A stretch of 64,000 nt of DNA from Mustelus asterias (Eukaryota). Shown piece by piece: positions 47,986 to 61,212 of this stretch (positions are counted from its first letter, which is position 1; the number at the start of each line of letters is the position of its first letter). The DNA is taken from positions 1,984,001 to 2,048,000 of the forward strand of contig NW_027590117.1 of assembly GCF_964213995.1 (NCBI RefSeq), given 5' to 3'. The notes under the pieces are model-generated. The model ran no database searches, had not been told where the DNA came from, and saw only the letters and a program-made list of their open reading frames with translations. The position numbers and the translations under genes were made by a program.

Positions 47986-50348
47986 ACAGGTCCTCACAGG
48001 CTTCTTCCTGCAAGGAAAAATACCCAACTTCTCAATCGATCATCATTGCTACAAACCTTTATCAATGGAATCATTCATGTGAATATCCTTTGCACTCCCT
48101 CCAAACTTCGACAAGTGTGGTGCCCAGCACTGGACTCAGTGCTCCAGGTGAGGCCTGTCTAGTGTATTTAAAAGCTCAACATGATCTTCTTATTCGTCTA
48201 TTTAATCCTCCAATAAAATGTAGGATGCCATTTGCTTTATTAACTGCTCTCCCAACATGCTCAGCCACCTTTAATGACTTTTGTACTTAGAAACCGAGAT
48301 CCCTTTTTTTCTGCATTTCCTTAAGAGTTTCTCCATTTATTTCTCCACAATCTGAAAATGAATCAACTCACACTTCTCAGCATTGAACTTTATCTAGTTA
48401 GGTGATTGACCCGCACAGGTGCCCGACTGTGGCAAATTGGGGAATTTCACAGTAACTTCATTGCAATGTTAATGTAAGCCTTACTTGTGACTAATAAACT
48501 TTCCTTTAACTTTACTTTTCTGTACTTTTACTTTATCTGCCACTCGTCTGCCAGAGGACAGCAATGGAAGCGTTCACTCAGCATCTACACATTGTTCTGA
48601 GCTCTAGGATCTCTCAGCCTAATTCACTCGGCCTTTCAACATGGAACAACCTCCTCATTCCGGGGGGCAATCCAGTGAACCTTCTCTGTACCGCCTCTAA
48701 TGCAAGCTTATCTTTTCTCAAATGTGGATACCATAGCTGTTCACAGCATTGCAAATGTGGTCTCCATAAACTCCTGTACAATTGTAGCAAGACACTTTTC
48801 TTCATCTACTCCAATTAACTTGCAATAAAAACAAACATGCCATTTGCTTTTGTGATTGCTTTAATGAATAATCCAGATAGTGCTCCGAATTCTCCTCAAC
48901 ATTTTAAATCCGTCACATTTCAACCCCTCCTCAGCTCTGAAGAAGAGTCATAGGCACTGGAAGCATTAACTCTGTTTCTCTCCCGATAGATGCTGCCAGA
49001 CCTGCTGAGGTTTCTAGCATTTTCTGTTTTATTTCAAATTCCGTCTCTCTGCCATCCTCACCTCCTTGTAGAAACATATTTGTAACTTTTTAACTCTCCC
49101 ATTCGACTTAGGCCACCAGCTGTCTTGTCATTTAATCATTGCTGCACTTCTCCTTGTTCAGCAAAGACAAGAGAACAGTTCGCACTCGATTCAGTGATGA
49201 GAGATGAATGAGAAATGATGTGAGGAGTTGTGACAGAAAATCAACATCTCCGACTTCTCCCTGTAATCCTGCACATTCTTCCTTTTCGGACAACAGTCTA
49301 GTTCCCTGAGGACGTTTCAATTGAATCTGTATCCACCACACTCTCCAACAGTGCATTCCACACTTTAAACACTCACTGTGTGAAAAATGTTTTCCTCGTG
49401 TTCCTATTCCTTCCTTTGCTCATGATGTTCATTCAATCTGTTCCCTCTCATTCTTCATCATTCCACGAATGGGAACAGTTTGTCCCTATCCACTCTGTCC
49501 AGACGTCTCATAACTTTTAATACCTGTAAGTGGAACCCCTGATGGGGTGGTAAGATTTTTAAACCAGTCGACATTAAGGCATTGATAAAACTAGCAGCGT
49601 TCAGTTAAATGACTTTTAAATACATTTATGAGCTAACAAGAAGCAATGTGAGATGCAGTAATTGATTCAACCGAGTAATTATGATTGTAAAACACACATG
49701 CTGATATTTTGAATGGATTATTATTGACTTTAAGGAAGTTAACAGTTGGCAGTAAACCAATCTCGAAACATTAGCTCATTTCACTCCTTACAGATGCTGC
49801 CTGACCGGCAGAGATTTTCCAGTATTTTCTCTTTTGGTTTCAGATGACTGCACCCGCAGTAATTTGCTATTATTTTAGAGTTGTACTGTTGCACCTCATT
49901 TAGAGTTGTAGGACTGAGAAACTCACGAATGAAATTGATTCGATACTTTGGAACTGTTTTCCTTTTACTTTTCATTGTCTCTCTATAATTTTCCCACCAG
50001 AATGAATCACTTCACAATTCTCAGCGTTGAATTTCATCTATAAATTGTCCACTCATTCCGTCAACTAGTCCATGTCCTTTTTGAAGTTTCACACTTTCCT
50101 TCTCACAGTTCACAATGCTTCCAAGTTTCACATTATCCAAAAGTTCTGAAATTGTGCCCTGTGCACCATTAGCTCTGTCACTAATAGATCCTGGTGCATG
50201 TTCACAGTGTCTACACCTTGTGTGCATACCAAACTGGTTTGGGGCTTATAACAGAAAAGAGGAGCCAATGCAGATACCTGTCTGCATATTCCACGTAAAT
50301 GTTGCAGAATTGTAGTCAAGTGGTTTTGTTATCATTGTTAATAGGAAG

Positions 50349-50421
50349 TAGCAGAGAATGGTTTTGATCCATCGACCTCTGAGCTATGGGCCCAGCACGC
50401 TTCAACTGCCCCACTTCTGCT
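50349..50421 (-). pseudogene. tRNA-iMet pseudogene
   Basis: Initiator sequence with several substitutions and a 1-nt insertion; A-box damaged. Confidence 0.85.
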
Positions 50422-50439
50422 ACGTCAAGTCCAGCTTCA

Positions 50440-50895
50440 CCTACCCCACCCCACCGCCTCCGCCCCTCCCCCCTGCTCCCCCTCACTCCTCCCCCTCCCT
50501 CCTCCCCTCCCCCCTCCTCCCCCTCCCCGTCCCCCCTCCTCCCCTTCCCCCTCCCCCTCACCCTCCCCTGTCCCCCTCCCCCCGCTCCCCCTCACTTCTC
50601 GCCCTCCCTCCTCCCCCTCCCTCCTCCCCCTCCTCCCCCTCCCTCCCTCCTTCCCTCCCCCTCCCCTCCCCTCCCTGTCCCCCTCCCCTCCCCCTCCCTG
50701 TCCCCCTCCCCCTCCCTGTCCCCCTCCCCCTCCCCCTCCCTCTCCCTCTCCCCCTCCCCCTCCCTCTCCCTCTCCCCCTCCCCCTCCCCCTCCCTCTCCC
50801 CCTTCCTCTTCCCCTTCCCCCCTCCCCGTCCCCTTCCCCCTCCTCCCTCCCCCCTTTCCGCCTCCCCCTCCCTCTCCCCCTCCCTCTCCTCCCCA
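50440..50895. repeat. Polypyrimidine/polypurine tract, (CCCCCT)n-like
   Basis: About 450 nt of almost only C/T on the + strand. Confidence 0.97.
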
Positions 50896-51725
50896 TCTCC
50901 GCTGCCTTTCAATGTAGCCAGTCAGATATTAACTTCCACGTTGTAGTTTAACACCAGCACCAGTGTCAGGAGGCTCAGTCTGGACACAAAAGTCCACTGC
51001 ATAGCACCAAGACTGAAGGGACAGAGAAATACACGCACGAAAACAGCAAAAGAGGTTGTTTGTACACCTGTATGGACGGTCACGGAATTGATCACTGATG
51101 TTTTAAATGCGTTTTCTCGTGTAAATATGTTTGTAAATATAATTCCTGCTGTGTAACTGTGCTCTATGTTGTTCAAAGATTTTCACTGTTGTTGTGCAAA
51201 GTATTTCACTCTTTTTCCTGCTGTGCTCTATGACTTAGAGGTTTACAGCATGGAAACAGCCCCATCGGCCCAACTTGTCCATGCCGTCGAGTTTTTTTAC
51301 CACCGAGCTATTCCCATTGCTCATGTTTGCCCCATATCCCTCCACACCCACCTTACCCATGTAACTGTCTCAATTGTTGTTGAGAGATGATTTCTGCTGT
51401 TGCGCAAAATGCTCCCCTGTTGTTGTAAATGTGTTTCAGGCTGTGTAAATGTTTTTTTTCTGTTCTTTTAATATGTCCCCTGCTCTGCAAACGTGTTCTC
51501 TATTGTGTAAGAAGATTCTCCATGAAGATGTTTCTGTCAGTAAATTTTTGTATGTTGTGTTAAGATTTTCCCTGTTTAGTGTAAAACTCTTGCATATAAA
51601 AGTGATTCACTGCAGATCGAGGTTTTTTGGGGAAAAGAGAAGCCGATGTAAATACCTGTCTGCATCCTGCACCGAAAAGTCACAAACGTTGTTTCAAGTC
51701 GTTTCATTATCAGTGATAATAGGAA

Positions 51726-51797
51726 TAGCAAAGGATGGTTTCGATCCATCGACTTCTGGGTTATGGGCCCAGCACGCTTCCGCTGCGCCACTCTGCT
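51726..51797 (-). tRNA. tRNA-iMet (CAT), near intact
   Basis: AGCAGAGTGGCGCAGCGGAAGCGTGCTGGGCCCATAACCCAGAAGTCGATGGATCGAAACCATCCTTTGCTA; two substitutions. Confidence 0.9.
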
Positions 51798-53327
51798 ACG
51801 CCAAAGGCTATCTGTCTATCAATGTAGTCAGGCAGATTTTCGCCCCTGTATCGTTTAATACTAGTTCCAGTGTCAGGAGGCTCAGCCCCTGCATCACACC
51901 CAGAATACAACAGAGAAAAACACACAATAGCAGTAAGGTAAATTGTCTGGACATATAACGACAGACAAAGGTGATGGGAAACCGCATGACACGGAATCTA
52001 GCACTATATTTCAAGGAATTTTCTGTTGCAAATACATGTTTGCAAATATATTTCCTCCTGTGTAACTGTGCTCTCTGTTGTTGAGAAGTGTTTTCTGCTG
52101 TTGTGCAAAATGCTTCCCTGATGCTGTCAATGTCTTTCTGATTGTTTAAATACGGTCCATCTTGTGTAATTTTAAAAAAATGCTTTGTTAATATATGCCC
52201 TGCTCTGTAAATTATCTGGTCTCATGATGTTCCATATTGGGTTAAAATGTCGCATGTTGTGTGAAGATGTTTTCTGTTCTTGTATAAAACACTGGTTAAA
52301 CTGCAACTGGATAAAGATCGCCCAATTTCGACTACATTTTACCCTCTGTTAGTGAATGTGATTTGCGGATTCATATTGTATCCCACACGGGCACGTGAGT
52401 GAGATTTGTTCTGTATCTGTCTGTCTCCAGTTGTAGTTGCGAGTTTTTTTTTGTTTTATTCATTTCGAGAGGGCATCACTGACGAGGCCAGCATTCATTG
52501 ACAATCTCTAACTGACCTTAAGAAGGTGGTGGTTTGCTGCTTTATTGAACTGCTGCAGTCCCTGAGGTGTCGGTACAGCCACAGTGCTGTTAGCCAAACA
52601 GTCATTGAGGATTTTGCCACTGCGACAGTGAAGGAACCGCAATGTATTTCCAAGTCAGGACGGTGAGTGCCTTGAGGGGGAGTTTGCAGTGCTGGTATTC
52701 CCATGTATTTACTGCTGCTGTCCTTCGAGATGGTAGAGGTGGTGGGTTGGTGGGTGCAGTCTAAGAAGAGGAGATGAAGAAATATTGTTCCCATTGCCAG
52801 AGGAGAGAAGGATGGTTTTTAATGTGCTGAGTGTTTAGAACCTGGAATGCACTGCCTGGGGGGTTGGTCGAGGCAGCATCAAATCCGGGTTGTCAAGGGA
52901 GAATGGGATCAGCACCTGAAGTGAAAGGATTTCCAGGGTTTTGAGGCAAGGACTTGGAAAGGGATGAGCTGAGATGTTCTTGTACAGCCCAGCATGCAGG
53001 CAAAGGGCCGAATGCTCTCCCTCTCTCTGTTGTATCCATTCTAAGATTCTATATGTATGATGTTGGACTCATTCTGTATCGCTCTCTCTCTATCTGAGAA
53101 ACTTAGCAAATCTGTACATTTTCTACCCGGAAGATACCTAATTGAAACTGGGCCTTTTGTTCTAATTAGTATATGATTCCACACGGTCCTCTACTCAAAA
53201 TCTTCAACGGAACATCATCTGCTTATCTCTGAAATTCATTCTCCAACGTCTCATTACCTCGATTGCCCTTTAGTACATCTGTGCTAGTCGATTCAAATGC
53301 TTTAGGTAATACCAAATTCGAAGTTAT

Positions 53328-54345
53328 AGAACAAAGAAAATTACAGCACAGGAAGAGGCCCTTCAGCCCTCCAAGCCTGCACCGACCATGCTGCCCGACT
53401 GAACCAAAATCCCCTACCCTTCCAGGGACCATATCCCTCTATTCCCATCCTATTCATGTATTTGTCAAGACACCCCTTAAAAGTCACTACCATATCCGCT
53501 TCCACTACCTCCCTCGGCAATGAGTTCCAGGCACCCATTACTCTCTGTGTAAAAAAAGCTGCCTCGTGCATCTCCTTTAAACCTTGCCCCTCGCATCTTA
53601 AACCTGTGCCCCATAGTAATTGACTGTCCCACCCTGAGAAAAAGCTTCTGACTATCCACTCTATCCATGCCTCTCATAATCTTGTAGACTTCTATCAGGT
53701 CGCCCCTCAACCTCCGTCGTTCTAGTGAGAACAAACCAAGTTTCTCCAACCTCTCCTCATAGCTAATGCCCTCCATACAAGGCAACATCCTGGTAAATCT
53801 TTTCTGTATCCTCTCCAAAGCCTCCACATCCTTCTGGTAGTATGGTGACCAGAATTGAACAAGTGCGGCCTAACTAAGGTTCCATAAAGCTGCAACATGA
53901 CTTGCCAATTTTTAAACTCAATGCCCCGGCTGATGAAGGTAAGCATGCTGAATGCCTTCTTGACTACCTTCTCCACCTGCATTGCTACTTTCAGTGACCT
54001 GTGTACCCTTTGTCTATCAATACTCATAAGGGTTCTGACATTTACTGTATATTTACTATCTGTATTAGACCTTCCAAAATGCATTACCTCACATTTGTCC
54101 GGATTAAACTCCATCTGCCATCTCTCGGCCCAAGTCTCCAACTGATCTATATCCTGCTGTATCCTCTGATTGTCCTCATCGCTCTCCGCAAATCCACCAA
54201 CCTTTGTGTCGTCCGCAAACTTACTAATCAAACCAGTTACATTTTCCTCCAAATCATTTATATATATTACAAACAGCAAAGGTCACAACACTGATCCCTG
54301 AGGAACGCCACTTTCCACTGCTCCCCTCTGTCTTCTTTGACCAAC
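53328..54345 (-). mobile_element. 5'-truncated CR1
   Basis: YINDLEENVTGLISKFADDTK; same subfamily as 10646 and 15687. Confidence 0.92.
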
Positions 54346-55816
54346 TCCATGTCGGTCAACAGCGACAGTTAATGTGCATTTTTTCCCGCGCTACTACAGT
54401 TCTGTGTTGCGGCCAGTGGATGTCAGCACACTCTGGTAGACTGAAGTTCAGACATCAGAGAGGGACACAACAGACAAGAATTGTTCACATTATATTGAAC
54501 CCGGGACGGAGGAATTTAGAAATACTAAATCTGTTGGCCGTATCTTTTTGAAATCTACCAGTACGCTGCTTTCCTCTGTAATGAAATTAAATCATTTAAA
54601 TTATAAAAATCAGTAAGGCTATGCTTTTTACGGAATGTATTAGTGCCGGTTGGCATTATGTTTTGAACGAAGTGGCATTTTGAATCACTGTTGTTTAGGA
54701 TAGTAAGAATTGAATATCCAGCCTGCAGTCTGCATTGCACCTTTTGCTTGTACAGTGATCATTAAACATTTAGCACTCCCACTTTCCTATGTATCTTCAT
54801 CCGACAACATTTCCCTGCTCCGTCTCACAAGGCAGTCAACGTCGCACCTCCACTTTGTCTTTTGCCCATGGGAGGCTTATCGTGCCCAGTCCCCATTGTG
54901 TTTCACTTTGCTCAGTTATATTGCCCAGATTGCATACAGTTCCAACTTTTCTATTCTCCATAAATAATAAATGAATAAATAGGACCATCCCTTGATTAAA
55001 CGCTGTAAGCTTTTAGCGGATGAGTTTCATGAAGTGCTGTGTGTGATGCCCGCCTTTATGCTTCTGTACAAATTCAGTCAAAGGAAAATTATCCAAATGT
55101 ATCTTCAATTCTCCTTCTCACTCACAAAGAACTGAATGGGTTATAGATACAATTTCAATTGCAGCTTTAAAAGATAGAGAATGGATTTACAAATTTAAAA
55201 TCCAAGGGCGACATCAATGCCTGGAGTGGTTTTCAGGCTGTGGCCACTAGAATAACAATGCGCATTGTCAATTTGGATTATTCAAAATCATAGAATGGCC
55301 CATCCATTGTGGATGAAAGGAAACTTTAAACTGTGCAGCTGTGCTGTGCTTCAGGAATTTGTTTTCCAGAAATCTTCATTAATCAAAATGTTTGCCTCAT
55401 CCGCTGAGCACTTCCAGCATTTTCTGTTTTTGTTTCAGATTTCCAGCTTCCAGCTTTGCGTTGTGTTCTGTGCAGATGTTTTACTGGAACAGGGAACAGG
55501 TTCTGATCAGCCCTGTGGCAGCTAGAGTAGAGTGTGTCTCCCGACTATCAAGCCTGCGAGATTTGACTCCAAGCTGTACAGGAGAATGAGGAAGAGAGAG
55601 AGGGAGGATCATTCTGTGATGGACACATTTCCTGTATAAAGGTGTGTATTTCCACAACTGTCTCAACAGACATAAGATGTTCCAACACGAGTTGCAATCA
55701 ATGAAGTTCCTCTGAACAGTTCTTGACGTTTTAACTCCGAGATTGGTGAAAATACGAATCGTTTCTACGTTGTCAAAAATCCATATATGGACAAGTAAAG
55801 TAAACTTCCGTCACGC

Positions 55817-55907
55817 AGCTCTGTGGCGCAATGGAAAGCGCGTTGGGCTTCCACATGATAGCAAGTTAGCCATTCAAAGGTTGTGGTTTCGAGACCCACC
55901 AGCGTTG
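55817..55907 (+). pseudogene. Intron-containing tRNA-Arg(TCT)-derived gene with anticodon changed to TCC
   Basis: AGCTCTGTGGCGCAATGGAAAGCGCGTTGGGCT TCC A [18-nt intron 55854-55871] ATTCAAAGGTTGTGGTTTCGAGACCCACCAGCGTTG. Confidence 0.8.
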
Positions 55908-56990
55908 GATTTTGGGTCAGATTAGTGGCAAACAGTGAGCTGCTTCAATGATGTGATTCAGCTTCGGCACCGACATTTCCTGCTCTGCCAACTCTCCACG
56001 CTGTTTCTGTTGCCTCGGCTCCCAGGGAAACCACTAACTCGAGAATAAATCACAAACCCCGGGGGCTTTCTTTAAGATTGATACAACGTTCGCTGGTTGG
56101 GTTAGAAATAGTATCATCTTTTTCAATTAGATATTTCACTTCTTTTGAAAGATAAAGAGGATTAAAGAACACACACACACAACAACAACTTACAAATAAC
56201 TACAATCAATAAATGAATATCAGTGCCCTGCAACCTGGTGGTGTTATTCTGGTGTGTCTGCTGCGCTTGTCCTTCCAGGCTGTCGTAGTCATTGGTTTGG
56301 AAGCTGCTGGCAAAGGAGCCTTGCTGAGCTGCTGCAGTGCATCGTGTCGACGGTGCGCACTGCTGTAGTGGAGGGAGTGAATTTTTATGCGTGGGAAGCG
56401 AATGAAGTGGGATGATTTGTCCTGGATGGTGCTCAACTTCTGTAGTGCTGTTCAAGCTGCATTCACCCAGGCAAGATATCTCAGGAAACCAAGTGCTCCT
56501 GTTTACTCCCACAGTCCAAAGATGAGCAAGTTGGGTGGATTGGCCATGCTAGATTGCCCCTTGATCCCGAAGGTGTTTGTATAGGTAGATTAGCGGGGTG
56601 GATGCGTGGCGACACGGGGATAGGTCTGTGTGCAATTCTCTGTTGGAGAGTTGGTACAGACTCGATGGGCAGAATGGTCTCCTTCAGCACTGTTGGGATT
56701 GTATGATTGTAAGGCCATTCAACTGTGTTAGAAATTCCCTGAGAAAAAAAAATGAAAAGTTGTATTTGTAGAATTTACAGCATTGGCTTTATTGAAGATT
56801 ATTTTTTTCTGCAAGATGATGAAAATACCTGATCGAGTAAATAAATATTAGACTATATTTGTGGGCAGTCTCGAAATATGTTTTTGTTTCATCTTTGTAG
56901 ACCATCCACTGTAAAGGTAAAGACAATATCGACGAGCAAGGATGGGACATTGCGACTTGCACAATTGCACTGATCACTTGAAAGGACTCA

Positions 56991-57031
56991 AGGCTCTCGC
57001 TGGGATTTGAAACTGAGATCTCCTATTTACT
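56991..57031 (-). pseudogene. 3' half of tRNA-Thr(AGT)
   Basis: Minus strand AGTAAATAGGAGATCTCAGTTTCAAATCCCAGCGAGAGCCT. Confidence 0.6.
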
Positions 57032-57550
57032 CGGCTTGTGCATTGTTCTATTTGCTCAAGTCAACAAAGACCCAATTCCCGCCCTACGGGTTCCTTGCAA
57101 GAAGGTGCTAAGATTGAGAGGTCTGAGTAACGTGAACTATGCTATTGGAGGCTTTCATCCTGGCAACAGGAATATTTCTCCACAGCTGCTTTCGGAGCTG
57201 CTGAATATTTCCAGCATTTCCTGTTTCAGATTTTGTGCCTTCATTACAGGAGTTAATTTACTGACAACCCAAAAGTTGTCTCTTGGACACAGCACCAGAC
57301 AGAGCTTTTCTGTGATGTTCACACAGACAAGTTCACCCTTCACTTTCCGACACACGTACTTCAAAATCGGCTGTTTTCACACTGAGCACCCTGCAGCATT
57401 GCCTTCAAACCTCAACCAACCCTCCACCTGCACACCAGAGTCTCAGTGGTACAAGTGTATCGGAGGAATTCACAAAGACAAGGGATCACCGTGTTTATGA
57501 GGGAATATAAAGGATTAATCCATACTCACAAACAGGCTGACTATGTGAGA

Positions 57551-57551
57551 A

Positions 57552-57612
<61 letters not shown>
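57551..57612. repeat. (CT)n(CA)n compound microsatellite
   Basis: Directly visible. Confidence 0.95.
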
Positions 57613-57617
<5 letters not shown>

Positions 57618-57845
57618 CGCCATGGCAGTTGGTGAAATTTGACATCAATAAAAAACATCTGGAATTAAAAGTCCAATGACCACGAATCGATTTTCATAAA
57701 ATAACACAGCTGGTTCACTAATGTCCTTTAAGAAATGATTTTTTTTTTACCTGGTCTGGACCGACATGTGGCCCCCGACCAACAGCAATGTGGTTGACTC
57801 TAAGCTGCCCTCTGAGGTCACCTATCAAGCTGCTCAGTTCAAGGA

Positions 57846-57917
57846 AGCAGAGTGGCGCAGCGGAAGCGTGCAGGGCTCATAACCCAGAGGTCGATGGATC
57901 AAAACCATCTTCTGCTA
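57846..57917 (+). tRNA. tRNA-iMet (CAT) variant, possibly a pseudogene
   Basis: 72 nt; T>A mismatch in the anticodon stem, GATCAAAA T-loop, C>T in the acceptor stem. Confidence 0.8.
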
Positions 57918-58019
57918 TCATGTAATCACTCCATCAAAAAGACGTATTCTGCTGCTGCCCAAAAGCAAATCAGGGTTTTCTTTGCAGTTCATTTGCTTCT
58001 TGATTTTCATTAACGAGTA

Positions 58020-58225
58020 GCACAGCGTATTTGTCTCAGTTGGCTAAACAGTTTATTCAGCCAGCAGCGCGGGATCAATTCCAGTATCGGTTGAGATTGT
58101 TCATGAAGGCCCCACCTTCTCAGCCTTGCTCCTCGCCTGAGATGTGACTCCTCTGGTTAAATCACCACCGGTCAGCTCTCCCCATTGATGCCTCCCAGAT
58201 ACAACTGGGACTGTGGACCTTGCTT
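58020..58225 (+). mobile_element. Degenerate tRNA-headed SINE (RTE-type tail)
   Basis: ctcagttggct...gggatcaattcc head; ggttaaatcaccaccggtcagctctcccc...ctgggact tail. Confidence 0.45.
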
Positions 58226-58399
58226 TAATTTTACAAACAATGGACGAATCATATCTCCGACACATTGTTCAAATATGAAAGTGTGCAAAAAAGTAAACTG
58301 AGCATGCGAAACGGAAGCATCCCTAAAATTTCAATTCTATCACAGTTGTATCATTTCAGGAACAATTGGAAACAACCAAAATCCAAAGACCAACGCAGA

Positions 58400-58468
58400 A
58401 AAGCTCCGTGATTCGAACACGCAGCTCTTTACTCTGAAGTTAGACGCTCTCCCGTTGCGCCACGTTTT
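58400..58468 (-). pseudogene. tRNA-Trp-derived pseudogene with TCA at the anticodon position
   Basis: Minus strand CGTGGCGCAACGGGAGAGCGTCTAACT TCA GAGTAAAGAGCTGCGTGTTCGAATCACG; acceptor and anticodon stems broken. Confidence 0.65.
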
Positions 58469-58673
58469 ACATCAGGGTCATGTTCGATGAATTCAAAACC
58501 AAACAGGGACCAGAGAGGTAAACTGCCCCTCTCTTTACTTTCTCTGAATTTACATCAAATGGAAAAGTAACAGCGAATCAAGATTAACGAGAAAGCAGAA
58601 AGGCAACATTTTCCTGCGGGAGAAATATGTTATTTCTTCCGGATGTTAAAACACTAAAAATGGATTGCGGAGT

Positions 58674-58751
58674 GACCATTTCATGGCCGAGTGGTTAACG
58701 CTGCTAATCCATTGTGCTCTGCACGCGTGGGTTCGAATCCCATCCTCGTCG
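58674..58751 (+). pseudogene. tRNA-Ser(GCT) pseudogene
   Basis: TGGCCGAGTGGTTAA..CTGCTAATCCATTGTGCTCTGCACGCGTGGGTTCGAATCCCATCCTCGTCG; 5' strand of the anticodon stem deleted. Confidence 0.85.
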
Positions 58752-59275
58752 GTGGTGCATTTGTTCTGTATCCTTATTGCCGATGAACTAATGATTCGTT
58801 CAGTGTTTTGAGCTTCACAGAACCAAGATGAAGTTTGGATACACGGGCTTGAGGGGTAAAGAGTCCAGAACAATTCCACATTCCCATATTTCTAATCAGA
58901 TGAGAAACTCGATTAAAATCAGGACACCAGTTTTGGAGAGGAGTTTGCCACCAGGGAAACCTGAGGTTTCAGACACTCCAAAGCAGACGCCAGCTTCATT
59001 TGCGGCCCGAATGGGAGATTTTGTCTTTCTGGAATAGGCAGCTCAGCCATGAAAATTAGCACCGTATTAGCAGGATTGGCCATGCTAAATAGTCCCTTAA
59101 TGTCAGAGGGATTAGCACGGTAAATATGTGGGGTTACGAGGATACAGGCTGGGTGGGATTGTTGTCGGTGCAGGCCCGATGGACCGAATGTTCTCCTTCT
59201 GCCCTGCAGGGATTCTCATGAAGTTCGAGGCGGCAGTTTCACTACTCTGAGAGCATTGACACAACCGTTCCTAAT

Positions 59276-61192
59276 TTAGACCATAAGACCATAAGACATA
59301 GGAGCGGAAGAAAGGCCATTCGGCCCATCGAGTCCACTCCACCATTCAATCATGGTTGATTTCAACTCCATTTACCCGCTCTCTCCCCATAGCCCTTAAT
59401 TCCTCGAGAAATCAAGAATTTATCAATTTCTGTCTTGAAGACGCTCAACGTCTCGGCCTCCACAGCCCGCTGTGGCAATGAATTCCACAGACCTACCACT
59501 CTCTGGCTGAAGAAATTTCTCCTCATCTCTGTTCTAAAGTGACTCCCTTTTATTCTAAGGCTGTGCCCCCGCGTCCTAGTCTCCCCTGCTAATGGAAACA
59601 ACTTCCCTACGTCCATCCTATCTAAGCCGTTCATTATCTTGTAAGTTTCTATTAGATCTCCTCTCAATCTCCTAAACTCCAATGAATATAATCCCACGAT
59701 CCTCAGACGTTCATCGTATGTCAGGCCTACCATTCCTGGGATCATCCGTGTGAATCTCCGCTGGACCCGCTCCAGTGCCAGTATGTCCTTCCTGAGGTGT
59801 GGGGCCCAAAAGTGCTCACAGTACTCCAAATGGGGCCTAACCAGTGCTTTATAAAGCCTCAGAAGTACATCCCTGCTTTTGTATTCCAAGCCTTTTGAGA
59901 TAAATGACAATATTACATTTGCTTTCTTAATTACGGACTCAACCTGCAAGTTTACCTCTAGAGAATCCTGGACTAGGACTCCCAAGTCCCTTTGCACTTT
60001 AGCATTATGAATTTTGTCACCGTTTAGAAAATAGTCCATGCCTCTATTCTTTTTTCCAAAGTGCAAGACCTCGCACTTGCCCACGTTGAATTTCATCAGC
60101 CACTTCTTGGACCACTCTCCTAAACTGTCTAAATCTTTCTGCAGCCTCCCCACCTCCTCAATACTACCTGCCCCTCCACCTATCTTTGTATCATCGGCAA
60201 ACTTGGCCAGAATGCCCCCAGTCCCGTCATCTAGGTCGTTAATATATAAAGAGAACAGCTGTGGCCCCAACACTGAACCCTGCGGGACACCACTTGTCAC
60301 CGGTTGCCATTCTGAGAAAAAACCTTTTATCCCAACTCTCTGCCTTCTGTCTGACAGCCAATCGTCAATCCATGTTAGTACCTTGCCTCGAATACCATGG
60401 GCCCTTATTTTACTCAGCAGTCTCCCGTGAGGCACCTTGTCAAAGGCCTTTTAGAAGTCAAGATAGATAACATCCATTGGCACTCCTTGGTCTAACCTAT
60501 TTGTTATCTCTTCAAAGAACTCTAACAGGTTTGTCAGGCACGACCTCCCCTTACTAAATCCATGCTGACTTGTCCTAATCCGACCCTGCACTTCCAAGAA
60601 TTTAGAAATCTCATCCTTAACGATGGATTCTAGAATTTTGCCAACAACTGAGGTTAGGCTAATTGGCCTATAATTTTCCATCTTTTTTCTTGTTCCCTTC
60701 TTGAACAGTGGGGTTATAACAGCGATTTTCCAATCCTCTGGGACTTTCCCTGACTCCAGTGACTTTTGAAAGATCATAACTAACGCCTCCACTATTTCTT
60801 CAGCTATCTCCTTTAGAACTCTAGGATGTAGCCCATCTGGGCCCGGAGATTTATCAATTTTCAGACCTTTAATTTTCCCTAGCACTTTCTCCTTTGTGAT
60901 GGCAACCATATTCAACTCTGCCCCCTGACTTTCCTGAATTGTTGGGATATTACTCATGTCTTCTACTGTGAAGACTGACGCAAAGTACTTATTAAGTTCC
61001 TCAGCTATTTCCTTGTCTCCCATCACTAGATTACCAGCGTCATTTTGGAGCGGCCCAATGTCTACTTTTGCCTCCCGTTTGTTTTTAATGTATTTAAAGA
61101 AACTTTTACTATCATTCCTAATGTTACTGGCTAGCCTACCTTCATATTTGATCCTCTCCTTCCTTATTTCTCTCTTTGTTATCCTCTGTTTC
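59276..61192 (-). mobile_element. Young 5'-truncated CR1; ORF2 broken by a single stop at 60451-60453
   Basis: ORFs 60451..61197 and 59362..60435 are in frame (YLDF*KAFDKVPH); tail (TCTTATGG)n. Confidence 0.95.
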
Positions 61193-61212
61193 TTCAAACT
61201 TTACCTAAAAAG

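Noticed and set aside
50316-50951. Pro-rich and RG/GE-repeat ORFs
   Set aside because: They are translations of a low-complexity C-rich tract.
58400-58468. Selenocysteine or functional opal-suppressor tRNA
   Set aside because: The body is Trp-like with a short variable region and broken stems.
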